A DNA stretch of 53,651 nt from Fimbriiglobus sp. (GCA_043738505.1 JAYUFU010000045.1:1-53651); one strand, 5' to 3'; shown: positions 26,332 to 37,418, counted from the first letter of the stretch. Numbers and translations: made by a program. The notes: generated by a model from the letters alone, not told the origin.

Positions 26332-27666
26332 TCACTTCTCCGTCACCGGCTGGCCGTCGGCCAGCTCGCCGAGCTTGCCGTTGACCACCTTCTCGGTTCC
26401 CGTCCACGGCGTCCAGTCGCCGCTGGTCAAGCCCGCCCGCCGGCGGTTCAGCACCTCGATGACGCCGGCCTGAGTGTGGCCCACTTGCACCCGCATTTTC
26501 ACCGCCTTGCCGTCCTCGACGAGGTAGCAGTAGGCCGTCTCGTCGGCGAACAGCACCGCCGCCGCCGGCACCGTCAGCGCGTCCTTCGTCGTCGCGGCGA
26601 TCTTCACCGTGACGTAAAAGCCGGGCCGGAGCAGACCCTCCCCGTTCGGCAGGTCGATCTCCACTTTCAGCGTCCGCGACTCGCCGTTCAGCACGCGGGC
26701 GGTGCGAGTGACGGCGGCGGCGAACTCGCGGTTCTTTAGCGCCGGCACCCGCACCACGCAGGCAGCCCCGACGGTCGCCACCCCCGCCGACGCCTCCGGC
26801 ACCTCGACGAACACGCGCACGGTGTCCAGCCGGGCGACGGTGAACAGCGCGTCCATCTTGCTGGCGTTCGGCTGGAGCAGGTGCCCGGTGTGGACGGCGC
26901 GGGCCGTCACCACGCCGGCGTAGGGGGCGCGGACCTGGGTGTACTTCAGCAACTCCGCCAGCCGGTTGACCTCGGCGTCGGCCACCGCCTGCTTCGCCCG
27001 CGCCGCCGCCACGTCCGCCTCGGCCCGCGCCTTCCGCGAAGTCGCCTCGCGCGCCAGCGCTTGGGCGGAAGTCACCTTCGCCTCACCCTCTCGTTTCGCC
27101 GCCCGCGCGGATTGCACCTGCTTGAGTGCCTCGTCGCCGATCTGCGCCTCGACGATGCGGCCGGACACCAGCCCCTGCACCCGCTTCAGTTCCGAGTCCC
27201 ACCGGTCGGTGTCGGCGTCCAGCCGGGCCAGCCCGGCCTTCGCCTCGGCCGTCATCGCGTCGGCCGAGGCCACCCGCGCGGCCGCCTCGTCCACCGCCCG
27301 TTCCGCCTGCGTCACCTCCGCCTTCGCCAGCGCCACCGTCGCTTCCTTCTGCTTCTTCTCCTGGGCCAGCTCCGGGATCGACACCTCGGCCAGCACCTGC
27401 CCGGCGGTCACGGCGTCGCCGAGATCGACGTTCACCGCCGTCACGTACCCCGACAGCTTGGCGACGACCGGCGTCACCTCGAACGGGTGGACGGTGCCCG
27501 GCTGATCGACGGTCCAGGTCAGCGTCTGCCGCTTCGGGGTGACGACCGCCACGCCGACGGCCGCGTCACTCGTCGGCGGCGCGGCGAGGGCGGGCTTGGG
27601 GGACGGCTCCGGGCCGCCGCAGCCAGCCACCAACAGGACGACCAACAGGGGCGAGACGCGGGTCAT
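26332..27666 (-). CDS. efflux transporter periplasmic adaptor (HlyD/membrane-fusion protein family) lipoprotein
   Basis: ATG at 27666 opens MTRVSPLLVVLLVAGCG (lipobox). A long Ala/Glu-rich coiled-coil hairpin is followed by YTQVRAPYAGVVT and beta-barrel segments. This is the C-terminal 444 aa of listed ORF 26332..29493. Confidence 0.85.
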   Translation of the reverse strand: MTRVSPLLVVLLVAGCGGPEPSPKPALAAPPTSDAAVGVAVVTPKRQTLTWTVDQPGTVHPFEVTPVVAKLSGYVTAVNVDLGDAVTAGQVLAEVSIPELAQEKKQKEATVALAKAEVTQAERAVDEAAARVASADAMTAEAKAGLARLDADTDRWDSELKRVQGLVSGRIVEAQIGDEALKQVQSARAAKREGEAKVTSAQALAREATSRKARAEADVAAARAKQAVADAEVNRLAELLKYTQVRAPYAGVVTARAVHTGHLLQPNASKMDALFTVARLDTVRVFVEVPEASAGVATVGAACVVRVPALKNREFAAAVTRTARVLNGESRTLKVEIDLPNGEGLLRPGFYVTVKIAATTKDALTVPAAAVLFADETAYCYLVEDGKAVKMRVQVGHTQAGVIEVLNRRRAGLTSGDWTPWTGTEKVVNGKLGELADGQPVTEK

Positions 27667-27788
27667 GGGCGGAGCCTCGGAGGGGGTGTTCGCGGCGTCC
27701 TCCTTGACGACACGCTGTCTTCGGGAGGGCGAGGCCCGTGCTGCCCACATCTTCGGCGTGTCGAATTCTTTCCGCGCGGGCTCGCGTT

Positions 27789-27949
27789 CTTCACGCCGGA
27801 GGCGTGCCGGATTGTAGCCAGGGGTGAAACCCCTGGTGCCACGTTCCGCCACCCCTCCGGGGTGGGGGCGATTGGTTCTGCCGACCAGGGGTGTCGCTCG
27901 CTCCGCTCGCTCACCCCTGGCTACAATCCGCCACGCCTCCGGCGTGAAG
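27789..27949. repeat. MITE-like structured palindromic element (36-bp terminal inverted repeats, 3 internal hairpins)
   Basis: CTTCACGCCGGAGGCGTGCCGGATTGTAGCCAGGGG (27789-27824) matches the reverse complement of 27914-27949 with 1 mismatch. Internal hairpins are CCAGGGG-tgaaa-CCCCTGG, CCACCCC-tccg-GGGGTGG and CCAGGGGTG...CACCCCTGG. Confidence 0.75.
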
Positions 27950-28034
27950 ACCGGGGAACAACCCGGGTGTTCCAAGCGTTTCGTCAGTACCAACAGGTGG
28001 ACAGCACGGGCCTCGCCCGCCCCTCCGTCGGACA

Positions 28035-29657
28035 TCACTTCGCGTCCAACTCGACCTGCGCGGCGGTCAGGATGTCGCCGCTGGCGTCGTCCTGGATGAA
28101 CGCGATCACCTTCAGGTTCTTCAGCGCCAGCGGGCGGGCCGGGGTAGGGAACGGGGCGAAGTCCTCGGCGAACTTGTCCAGGTACTTGCCCAGTCCGCCG
28201 CGCACGTCGTCCACGTTCACCGCGACCGTCTGGTCGAGCGCCTTCTTGGGCAGCGGGAACCCGGTCGCGCCGCCGGGCATGGCCCGCACCACGTTCTGGT
28301 GGAACCGCGCGCCGTTGCCGCCGACGTACCGCACCAGCGGCTCCACCACGGCGAACCGCAGCATCACCTTCTCGCCCGGCTTGTCCAGGTCGCTCACCGC
28401 CGCCTTCACCACCAGCCCCCTGTCGCCCTTCGTCACGGTCAGGGCCAGCTTCGCCTTCGCCGGCTCCTCCAGCCCCTTCTCGACGGCCGCGCGGAGGTCG
28501 TCGTACTTCCCCTTCGCCGCCGCCAGCGCCCCGCCGCCCTTCACCGCCTCCTTGCCGTTGACGAGCAGCCGCGGGGCGCTGATCTTCTCGCCGAAGGCGA
28601 CGGCCGCCCGGCCCATCGAGTCCTCGTTCGTCAGCGGGTCCGGCCCCGGCACGTGGATGTGGTATTGCAGGCAGACCACGTCGGCCGACTTGTACGTCTT
28701 CAGCAGGGCGTCGAACGCCGCGTCCGCCGCCACGCACGGCGGGCACTCGGCCCCGGTGAACACCTCCACCACCGCCACCCGGTCGGACTTCGCCGTCCGC
28801 CCGGCGAACGCCGGCGTGTCGAACGCGAGCGTCTCCTTGACGTAGGCGGCCAGGTCCTGCGCCTCCAGCTTGGCCAAGTCGGCCTCGTACTTCTTGGCGT
28901 CGGCCGCCTTGCCCGCCTTGGTCAGCACCCGCGCCACCGTGTCCAGCACCGCCATCTGGAGCGCCACCGGGGTGTCGTCGGTCAGCATCCGCTCGGCGCG
29001 GCGGGCCTGCGCGACGGCCACGTCGCCCAGCCCCTCCTGCCCGGCCAGGATGTCGGCCAGCTTCAGCGCCGTCGTCCGCTCCCACCGCGCGCCGTACCCG
29101 CCGGCCGCCTTGGTCAGCTTCTCGGCCACCCCCCGCGCCTCGTCGGCGGTCAGCTTCTTCTCGGCCGCCTTCCCCAGGATGGTGAACCCGGCGTCGAACA
29201 GCGGCTGCCCGCCGTCGATCTGCGCGAAGTCCTCGCGGGCCAGCTCGAACGGGTCGGTCACCTTCTTCAGCTTGGACGGGTACAGGTCGGTCAGCTCCAG
29301 CGGGCCGCCGAGCTTCGTCACCGAGCCGGACAGCTTCTTCCCGTCCTTCGCCAGCGCCCCGTCGAACTCGAACGCCGTCTCCCCCTTGCGGAACTCGATG
29401 TTGAACTTCACCGCGTCGCCGCTGACCGTCAGGCCCGTGACTTTCGGCTCGATCCGCAGCGGGGTGGAAGTGCCGATGAAGTCGCCCACCCACTTGCCGT
29501 CGGCGTCGGTGAACGCCAGCAGGAAGGTGATTTCGAGCGGCCCCTGCTGGGTGGGCAGGCTGGTGCGGAACTTCCAGTTGCCGGCCGGCGGCGCGGCGAC
29601 GGCGGCGGGGGCGGCGACGGCGAACAACGCCAGTGCGGCGCGGAGGAGGGGTGTCAT
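28035..29657 (-). CDS. secreted hypothetical protein with a thioredoxin-like CPPC motif
   Basis: Signal peptide MTPLLRAALALFAVAAPAAVAAP, a central VEVFTGAECPPCVAAD motif, and good coding statistics. Family not recognised. Confidence 0.7.
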   Translation of the reverse strand: MTPLLRAALALFAVAAPAAVAAPPAGNWKFRTSLPTQQGPLEITFLLAFTDADGKWVGDFIGTSTPLRIEPKVTGLTVSGDAVKFNIEFRKGETAFEFDGALAKDGKKLSGSVTKLGGPLELTDLYPSKLKKVTDPFELAREDFAQIDGGQPLFDAGFTILGKAAEKKLTADEARGVAEKLTKAAGGYGARWERTTALKLADILAGQEGLGDVAVAQARRAERMLTDDTPVALQMAVLDTVARVLTKAGKAADAKKYEADLAKLEAQDLAAYVKETLAFDTPAFAGRTAKSDRVAVVEVFTGAECPPCVAADAAFDALLKTYKSADVVCLQYHIHVPGPDPLTNEDSMGRAAVAFGEKISAPRLLVNGKEAVKGGGALAAAKGKYDDLRAAVEKGLEEPAKAKLALTVTKGDRGLVVKAAVSDLDKPGEKVMLRFAVVEPLVRYVGGNGARFHQNVVRAMPGGATGFPLPKKALDQTVAVNVDDVRGGLGKYLDKFAEDFAPFPTPARPLALKNLKVIAFIQDDASGDILTAAQVELDAK

Positions 29658-29742
29658 CGGAGGAGGTCCGAGGGGGAACGGGGCGGGAGTCCCGGTTACG
29701 GTACTGCCGGCGGCGAACCGTGGCGAGGGAATCGGCGGCGCG

Positions 29743-30327
29743 TCACTCGCTGTCGTCGCGCATGGCCAGGCGGTCGGGGTCGATCATCCAGTCGTCGTGG
29801 TGATCGTGGAAGTGGCCGTTGTGCAACGGGATCGGCCGCAGGGGTTTCGGCGGAACGGGTACGAGGGGAGGGGCGGTCTCCGGTTCGGTCCGAGCCGGAA
29901 GCGTGAGCGACGGTGGCGGGGATGAATCGTCGCTCACGCTTCCGACTCGGATCGGCGGAGCCGGCGGGGTGAGGGGTTCGTCCGTCGCTGACGCTTCCGG
30001 CTCCGATTTCTTCGGCTCGCGGCCACCGGGCACGCACTCCTCCATCGGGGGCAGCGGCGAGGAGTAGGCACTCACCTCCGTACCCGCGACCGGGGTCTTG
30101 TGCCGCAGGCGGGTTTTCTCCAGGTCCACGATCATCTGGAGCGCCTGGAACGACTTCTCGTCGCGCGTGCTGGCCAGTCGGCGGCGCAGTTCCGCCACCG
30201 CTTCGGCCACGGTATCTTCCCAATACTGCTTGCGTCCGGCCGCGTCGCGCGGCGGGTCGGGGACTTCCGACTCGCACCGAAAGCGGTCGGCTTGCTCGGT
30301 GACGGGCGTAGCGGTGGCAGTGTTCAC
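29743..30327 (-). CDS. hypothetical Pro-rich protein with a His/Asp-rich C-terminus
   Basis: GTG at 30327 has GGAGA 7 nt upstream, and a promoter-like TTGACA lies further upstream. The C-terminus is HNGHFHDHHDDW. The listed ORF begins at 30357. Confidence 0.5.
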   Translation of the reverse strand: MNTATATPVTEQADRFRCESEVPDPPRDAAGRKQYWEDTVAEAVAELRRRLASTRDEKSFQALQMIVDLEKTRLRHKTPVAGTEVSAYSSPLPPMEECVPGGREPKKSEPEASATDEPLTPPAPPIRVGSVSDDSSPPPSLTLPARTEPETAPPLVPVPPKPLRPIPLHNGHFHDHHDDWMIDPDRLAMRDDSE

Positions 30328-30362
30328 GGCAGGTCTCCGAAACGGGCAAGTGTACACCAGTG

Positions 30363-30391
30363 GTTATGAGTTCCGTTTTTGGGTTTGTCAA
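30363..30391 (-). promoter_or_regulatory. promoter candidate for the 29743..30327 gene
   Basis: On the minus strand: TTGACA (30391-30386), 17-nt spacer, CATAAC (30368-30363), within a locally AT-rich stretch. Confidence 0.35.
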
Positions 30392-30469
30392 ATGAAAGTG
30401 GAGAGATTGTGCCAAATCGACTGTCCGGATTTCGGACGCGCGGGTCGATGGGTGGAATACCGCCGGCTC

Positions 30470-31438
30470 TCACCGCTGGAACCGGAACGTGTCCTTGCCC
30501 ATCGACGAGGCGTAAAAGAGGTCGTGGACCGCGTCCCAGGCGTAGTTGCCGCCGACGCCGCCGGCCTTGAAGCCGTCCGGCAGCGGGGCCACGTTCTTCC
30601 ACGCCTTGCCGCCGTCGGTCGATTCGTGGAAGCCGTCTTTGCCGACCACCACCATGTGGTCGGCCGTCTTGCCGAAGTACGGGCCGAGGATCGCGTTCAC
30701 CGCCGCGCCCCGGATCGCCCACGTCTTGCCCTTGTCCGTGCTGACGAGCAGCCCCTTCGCGGTCGGCCAGTACCCGACGCCGTCGCGCACGGTCATGACG
30801 TACCCCGGCGGGGTCACGTCCGACACGTCCGCCCACTCCTTGCCGCCGTCCGCGCTGCGGACCAGCCCTTTCGCCTTGCCGCACACCAGCGTCTTCGCGT
30901 CGAACATCCCCACGCGGGTGTAGCCTTTGCCGAGGTCGGTCCACGACTTGCCCGCATCGGTGCTGAGGGTCAGCATGCCGCCGCTCTCGTGGCGAACGGA
31001 CAGCAGGCACTTGCCGGTGTCGGTCCAGTCCACCGCGCCGAAGTCGAGGTGGCTGACTTTGGAGGCGGTCCACGTCTTCCCGGCGTCGGCGGTGTACGCG
31101 CTGCCGCCGTAGATCATGAAGCACATGAGCCGCTGGCCGGCCGGGTCGAAGTTCAGGGCGAAGCCGGTCTCGCAGCGGCCGCCGACGGTCTTGTCGTCCA
31201 CCCGCGCGAACTTCTGGCCCTGGTCGGTGCTCTTCCAGAGGCCCTTGTCGGACAGGATCATGTACACGTCGCCGGTGGCCGGATCGACCGTCACGCCGGC
31301 CGTCTTGGCGAACGGGCCGGCCGTCATCTCGGCGGCGACGGAGGCGGTGATCGGCACCCACTTGCCCTTGTCGTCGTCGGCACCGACGGCCGACAGGGGG
31401 ACGAGGCAGGCGATGCCGAGGGCGAGAAGGCGATTCAC
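30470..31438 (-). CDS. secreted BNR/Asp-box repeat beta-propeller protein (Ycf48/sialidase-like fold)
   Basis: Repeated S-x-D-x-G-x-[ST]-W boxes (STDQGQKF, TADAGKTW, STDAGKSW, SADGGKEW, STDKGKTW, STDGGKAW). GTG at 31438 opens the signal peptide NRLLALGIACLVPLSAVGA and avoids overlap with the next gene. Confidence 0.8.
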   Translation of the reverse strand: MNRLLALGIACLVPLSAVGADDDKGKWVPITASVAAEMTAGPFAKTAGVTVDPATGDVYMILSDKGLWKSTDQGQKFARVDDKTVGGRCETGFALNFDPAGQRLMCFMIYGGSAYTADAGKTWTASKVSHLDFGAVDWTDTGKCLLSVRHESGGMLTLSTDAGKSWTDLGKGYTRVGMFDAKTLVCGKAKGLVRSADGGKEWADVSDVTPPGYVMTVRDGVGYWPTAKGLLVSTDKGKTWAIRGAAVNAILGPYFGKTADHMVVVGKDGFHESTDGGKAWKNVAPLPDGFKAGGVGGNYAWDAVHDLFYASSMGKDTFRFQR

Positions 31439-31515
31439 GGGAGAAACTCCGGGAGGGTGAGGAGGACGGTTCCGGGGGCGGTGCGCGAACGAGCACTTGC
31501 GCCGACGCCGCGCCG

Positions 31516-31914
31516 TCACTCCGCGTATCGGCCGTCGGCGTCCGGTGCGTAGGGCCGCTCCCATTGCAGCAGTTCGATGCGATTGCCGTCCGGGTCGCGG
31601 ACGAAGAAGCGATCCGCCGCCGCGATGCGAACCGTCTCCTGAATCGCCAGCCCGTTCGCCCGCAGCTCCGCCCGCGCGGCCGCCGCGTCCTCGACGTGCA
31701 GGCAGAAGTGGCGGGGGCTTTCGGTGTCCGGCTGCGGCTTCTTCAACAGGTGCAGGTACTGCCCGCCGAGGTCGTACCAGACCGCCACGAAGTCGAACTC
31801 CTTCGGCGGCGGAATCTCGGTCAGGCCCAACACGCCGCCGTAGAACGCCCGCGCGCGGGCCACGTCCGTGACCAGGACCGAGACGTGATCGATGTGCGTG
31901 ACGCGGAGGGGCAT
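31516..31914 (-). CDS. VOC/glyoxalase-family protein
   Basis: HIDHVSVLVTDVARARAFYGGVLGL ... FFVRDPDGNRIEL, with the ATG at 31914. Confidence 0.8.
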   Translation of the reverse strand: MPLRVTHIDHVSVLVTDVARARAFYGGVLGLTEIPPPKEFDFVAVWYDLGGQYLHLLKKPQPDTESPRHFCLHVEDAAAARAELRANGLAIQETVRIAAADRFFVRDPDGNRIELLQWERPYAPDADGRYAE

Positions 31915-31963
31915 GGCGGTCACTTCTCCGAAGGTATTCCGCACTCTTTCGAGTAGGTCGCGG

Positions 31964-32842
31964 TCAATCCGCCACCCGCTTGGTAATGCCGCCGTAGAAG
32001 TCGATCCGCCGGTCGCGGAAGAACGGCCAGTTCCGCCGAATCTCCTCCATCCACTTGCGCGAACAGGTGATGGTGACGATCTCCTCTTTCGCGGTGTCCG
32101 CCACCTTCAAGAGGCGTCCGAACGGGTCGGACACGAACGACCGGCCCCAGAACTCCAGCCCGTCGCCCGTCAGCTTCTCGTGCCCGACGCGATTGACTGC
32201 ACCGACGTACACGCCATTCGCAATCGCATGACCGCGCATCGAGGTCTCCCACGCCGAGTGCTGGGCGTCGCCGTACTCGGCCTTCTCCTTCGGGTGCCAG
32301 CCGATGGCCGTCGGGTAGAAGATGACCTCCGCCCCTTGCAGCGCCGTCAGCCGCGCCGCCTCCGGATACCACTGGTCCCAGCAGACCAGCGTGCCGACCT
32401 TGGCGTACCTGGTGTCGAACACCTTCCAGCCGGTGTCGCCGGGGGTGAAGTAGTACTTCTCCAGGAACATCGGGTCGTCGGGGATGTGCATCTTGCGGTA
32501 GAGGCCGAGGAAGGTGCCGTCGGCGTCGTGGACGGTGGCGGTGTTGTGGTAGACGCCGGGCATCCGCTTCTCGAACAGCGAGCCGACGACGACGACGCCG
32601 TGCAACTTCGCGGCCCGGCCCAGCCGGTCGCTGCTCGGCCCCGGCACCGGTTCGGCCAAGTCGAACAGGTGGTAGTCTTCGGTCTGGCAGAAGTACGGGC
32701 CGGTGAACAGCTCCGGCAGGCAGACGATCTGCGCGCCGCGCTTGGCGGCCTCGCCGATGGCGGCTTCCGCTTTGGCCAGGTTCGTCTCGCGGTCGGCGTC
32801 GCACCCCATCTGCACGAGGGCGACGGTGAACGTGTCGGACAT
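31964..32842 (-). CDS. aguB: N-carbamoylputrescine amidase (carbon-nitrogen hydrolase)
   Basis: LPELF..YFCQ, YRKMHIPDDP.F.EKYYFTPGDTG, CWDQWYPEAAR, YPTAIGW and FFRDRR match AguB-type nitrilase-superfamily signatures. Confidence 0.85.
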   Translation of the reverse strand: MSDTFTVALVQMGCDADRETNLAKAEAAIGEAAKRGAQIVCLPELFTGPYFCQTEDYHLFDLAEPVPGPSSDRLGRAAKLHGVVVVGSLFEKRMPGVYHNTATVHDADGTFLGLYRKMHIPDDPMFLEKYYFTPGDTGWKVFDTRYAKVGTLVCWDQWYPEAARLTALQGAEVIFYPTAIGWHPKEKAEYGDAQHSAWETSMRGHAIANGVYVGAVNRVGHEKLTGDGLEFWGRSFVSDPFGRLLKVADTAKEEIVTITCSRKWMEEIRRNWPFFRDRRIDFYGGITKRVAD

Positions 32843-32866
32843 GGGAATGGCCTCCGTGTGCCGTGG

Positions 32867-33553
32867 TCATGCGTCTTGGGAATGAAGGCGGTTCTGGCGA
32901 CGAAGTTCCTTCGCAACGAACGGAGACTCCGTGACAAGGGAGCGGTAGGAGATGTCTCGTTGCCAGTATCGCTCCGCGTCGCGCTCGCGTGCCCGCCGGA
33001 AATCGTTGAGTCCCAAAGCGGTCACGGTGGTATCGATCTGCTGGCGGAGGGTCAGGTCGAGTGTGGGATTGGGGATGATCTGAAACGCGACCAATTCCAA
33101 GTGGAACCACCCGTCTTCGATTGCGAACGGGTCGAGGAACTTGGAGAAGTCCTTTTTCCGGGCATTCACCAGTCCGCACGCCAGCCGATAGTTGTCCCAC
33201 TCGTACACCCTGTCCCAGTGCTTGGACTTGGGCGCGAAATGATCCGCCGTTCGCCATCCCGTGACCTCGTGGATGCGAAAGCAGGTGAACGCACAGACTT
33301 GGTGGTACGCGGCCATCAGGTCGTCGAGCGATTCCCTCCAGTACGGCGGGAATTTGTCGCCGGGGATGTCTTCGCGCTTGGTGGCGATTTTGGCGAACCG
33401 GTTGCCGGCCGAGCGTCTCGGCCGCCGGCCGATCATTTCGGCAATGGCACGCACGCCGGGGACACGTACCATTTTGTGGAAATCGTCCGGCTCCTCGGCT
33501 GGCTCGACACGTATCACTTGCCACCCCGAAGTTTGTCGCGGTAATCCGACCAC
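32867..33553 (-). CDS. HNH-type nuclease of the TIGR02646 / Septu PtuB-like family
   Basis: CAFTCFRI...TADHFAPKSKHWDRVYEWDNYRLACGLVNARK matches the C.YCE...DHF.PKS....W.NL.LAC..CN..K pattern. FLDPFAIEDGWFHLE...TALGLNDFRRARER matches the family C-terminal lidP...LN...L..R block. The start is uncertain: GTG at 33553 or GTG at 33517. Confidence 0.6.
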   Translation of the reverse strand: MVGLPRQTSGWQVIRVEPAEEPDDFHKMVRVPGVRAIAEMIGRRPRRSAGNRFAKIATKREDIPGDKFPPYWRESLDDLMAAYHQVCAFTCFRIHEVTGWRTADHFAPKSKHWDRVYEWDNYRLACGLVNARKKDFSKFLDPFAIEDGWFHLELVAFQIIPNPTLDLTLRQQIDTTVTALGLNDFRRARERDAERYWQRDISYRSLVTESPFVAKELRRQNRLHSQDA

Positions 33554-33636
33554 CGGACCCAGAATCGATCCGTCTCACCAAGAGAGGCGCGGAGAAGGAG
33601 ATCGACTTCCTCAATCTCTTTCGCGGCCGGAGCAGG

Positions 33637-34809
33637 TTAGCGAAGCAACGCCATCGCCCGGAGAATCGCTTGTTCGGCCTCCAGCGACCGCGGTTCCTTC
33701 AGGTCGAACGCATCACTCGTTAACCAGTTTGAAATGTCACCGAGCCGGACGTAGTCGCGCTTTTTCAGTTCGACTTTGTGTCCCACGAGGTCGAGATCAA
33801 ACCAAGCGTCGAGCTTGGCATCGAAATTCGGTTCGGCGGACGCCAAAATCAACGGTGAGTGAGTCGCCGCGATCAATTGTGTTTTCGCAGACGGGTGCAG
33901 TCGCTTCATCAACTTCAGGACTGATGTGAGGATTGTCCTCTGCCACCGAGGGTGCAGGTGGCTTTCGATTTCGTCGATTAGAATCACTACTTGATTCGTG
34001 AAGTCAGCGCCGATCTGCTTTGCGGCAATTCGATGTTCTTGCCATGTCCACAGGATCATGTAAGCCAGCGCGACGATTCGGCGGACACCGGACGAGGCGT
34101 GGAGAATCGGCACGGCCGGCGCATAATCCGTGGCGAGTGAGGGAACGTCCTTTCCAGAGTTCAACGACATGCGTACGAGCGGGCCGGGATTGAGTTGGTC
34201 GTGAGGGTCGGACGACGGCGACAGCGCGGTAAGCACCGCCGCCATGTTTTTGGCGGGGATGCCATTCTCGCGGATCCAAATCGCCCAATCCATCAGCAAG
34301 CCGTTGCAGACCTTTTCGGGGCCGACATCCAGTCCGTCCCACACCTGTTTCTGGGAGAACACATACCCCGGCAGCCGATCTTGTTGAACGTCGATGTTCC
34401 CTTTCTTTTTCCAGTAATTCCGTGCGGGATCCCAGACCGAGAACCCGCCGTCGGCGTGAGCGTAGACGACCAGCCCTGGGTTCCACGGTCGTCCGGGTTT
34501 CCCACTCCACGCTTGATCCAGGAGTGCGTAAGTGCTTGTGTAACTGACTTCCTTCGCTTTCGTTTTGGAAGTCAATCGGAACTCGATGGTCGCCGGTTTC
34601 TTGACATCCGTGGGACGGGCGGGGTAACCGGAGGTGAGGTTCGGGTTGACTTCTTGCGGCCAGCGGCGGGTCAGTGCCCACCACGCGACATCGAGGAGGA
34701 AACTCTTGCCTAGCCCGTTGTCGCCCGTGATGAGGTTGAGACGATCCGCCAGCTCCATCGTCATCTCGGGAGCTGGACCGACGTTTTTGAGGTGAAGAAA
34801 CTTCAGCAT
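33637..34809 (-). CDS. AAA/ABC-like ATPase, Septu PtuA-like
   Basis: Walker [15 protein letters not shown], Walker B plus D-loop [14 protein letters not shown], and downstream [12 protein letters not shown]. It lies immediately upstream of the HNH gene on the same strand, in a visibly AT-richer segment. Confidence 0.65.
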   Translation of the reverse strand: MLKFLHLKNVGPAPEMTMELADRLNLITGDNGLGKSFLLDVAWWALTRRWPQEVNPNLTSGYPARPTDVKKPATIEFRLTSKTKAKEVSYTSTYALLDQAWSGKPGRPWNPGLVVYAHADGGFSVWDPARNYWKKKGNIDVQQDRLPGYVFSQKQVWDGLDVGPEKVCNGLLMDWAIWIRENGIPAKNMAAVLTALSPSSDPHDQLNPGPLVRMSLNSGKDVPSLATDYAPAVPILHASSGVRRIVALAYMILWTWQEHRIAAKQIGADFTNQVVILIDEIESHLHPRWQRTILTSVLKLMKRLHPSAKTQLIAATHSPLILASAEPNFDAKLDAWFDLDLVGHKVELKKRDYVRLGDISNWLTSDAFDLKEPRSLEAEQAILRAMALLR

Positions 34810-34933
34810 GGCAAGGTCCGCGACTTCCGAAAGGTTGAGCGGAGTTCCCGTTGTTCAACGGCACTTCGTCGTTTATACCAACAGCGTTCGACGAAATCCA
34901 CTGCCCTCTCCTGGCCCTTCGGCGACCACTCCC

Positions 34934-36889
<1,956 letters not shown>

Positions 36890-36935
36890 GCGGGGCGGTG
36901 TAGAATCGAAGCGTCACGACCCGAAGGAGCCGAAC

Positions 36936-37328
36936 ATGGCCACGCTGACCGAACAACTCGACCTGATGCTGACCCTGAAGCCGAACTGGGACGGCTACAA
37001 CGCCGACCCGATCCAGCCGCGGCTGGTCGAACTGGCGCGGGATTTCGTCGAATTCTTCCAAGTGATGGAAAAGGTGACGGGACAGGATTTGCGGCTGTTC
37101 GTGCATCCGACCCGCGTGGGCGGGGTGCAGATCGAATGGCAAGATGCGACACAGGAACACGAGTTGGAGATCGATCCGGACGGCTCGCTCGGATTCCTCC
37201 ACATCGACCGCGCGACCGGAGCCATGACGGAGAAGAAGTTCTCCCCCCCCGCCGAGGGCTTGGCGTTCGCGTCGGGCTGGCTGCCCCTCCTCGCCCAGTG
37301 CGGCGGCGGCCCGCGGCTGGCAGCGTGA
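36936..37328 (+). CDS. hypothetical protein (130 aa)
   Basis: ATG at 36936 is preceded by GAAGGAG. The LKPNWDGYNADPI motif and the later GGVQIEW are seen by me in small phage/accessory proteins, but I cannot name the family. Confidence 0.6.
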   Translation: MATLTEQLDLMLTLKPNWDGYNADPIQPRLVELARDFVEFFQVMEKVTGQDLRLFVHPTRVGGVQIEWQDATQEHELEIDPDGSLGFLHIDRATGAMTEKKFSPPAEGLAFASGWLPLLAQCGGGPRLAA

Positions 37329-37418
37329 ACCCGGCAGGGTGGCGGGCCGGGCAACCCGGATGGGAGAATGCCGGCATGTCGCGGGTCCGTCCCGCGGCAT
37401 TCACTCCGGAGACTGGCC

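Noticed and set aside
26332-29493. Single 1053-aa minus-strand ORF
   Set aside because: Only its C-terminal 444 aa (from the ATG at 27666, which has a lipoprotein signal) form the HlyD-type adaptor. The N-terminal part reads through the palindromic element and then an off-frame of the real gene 28035..29657.
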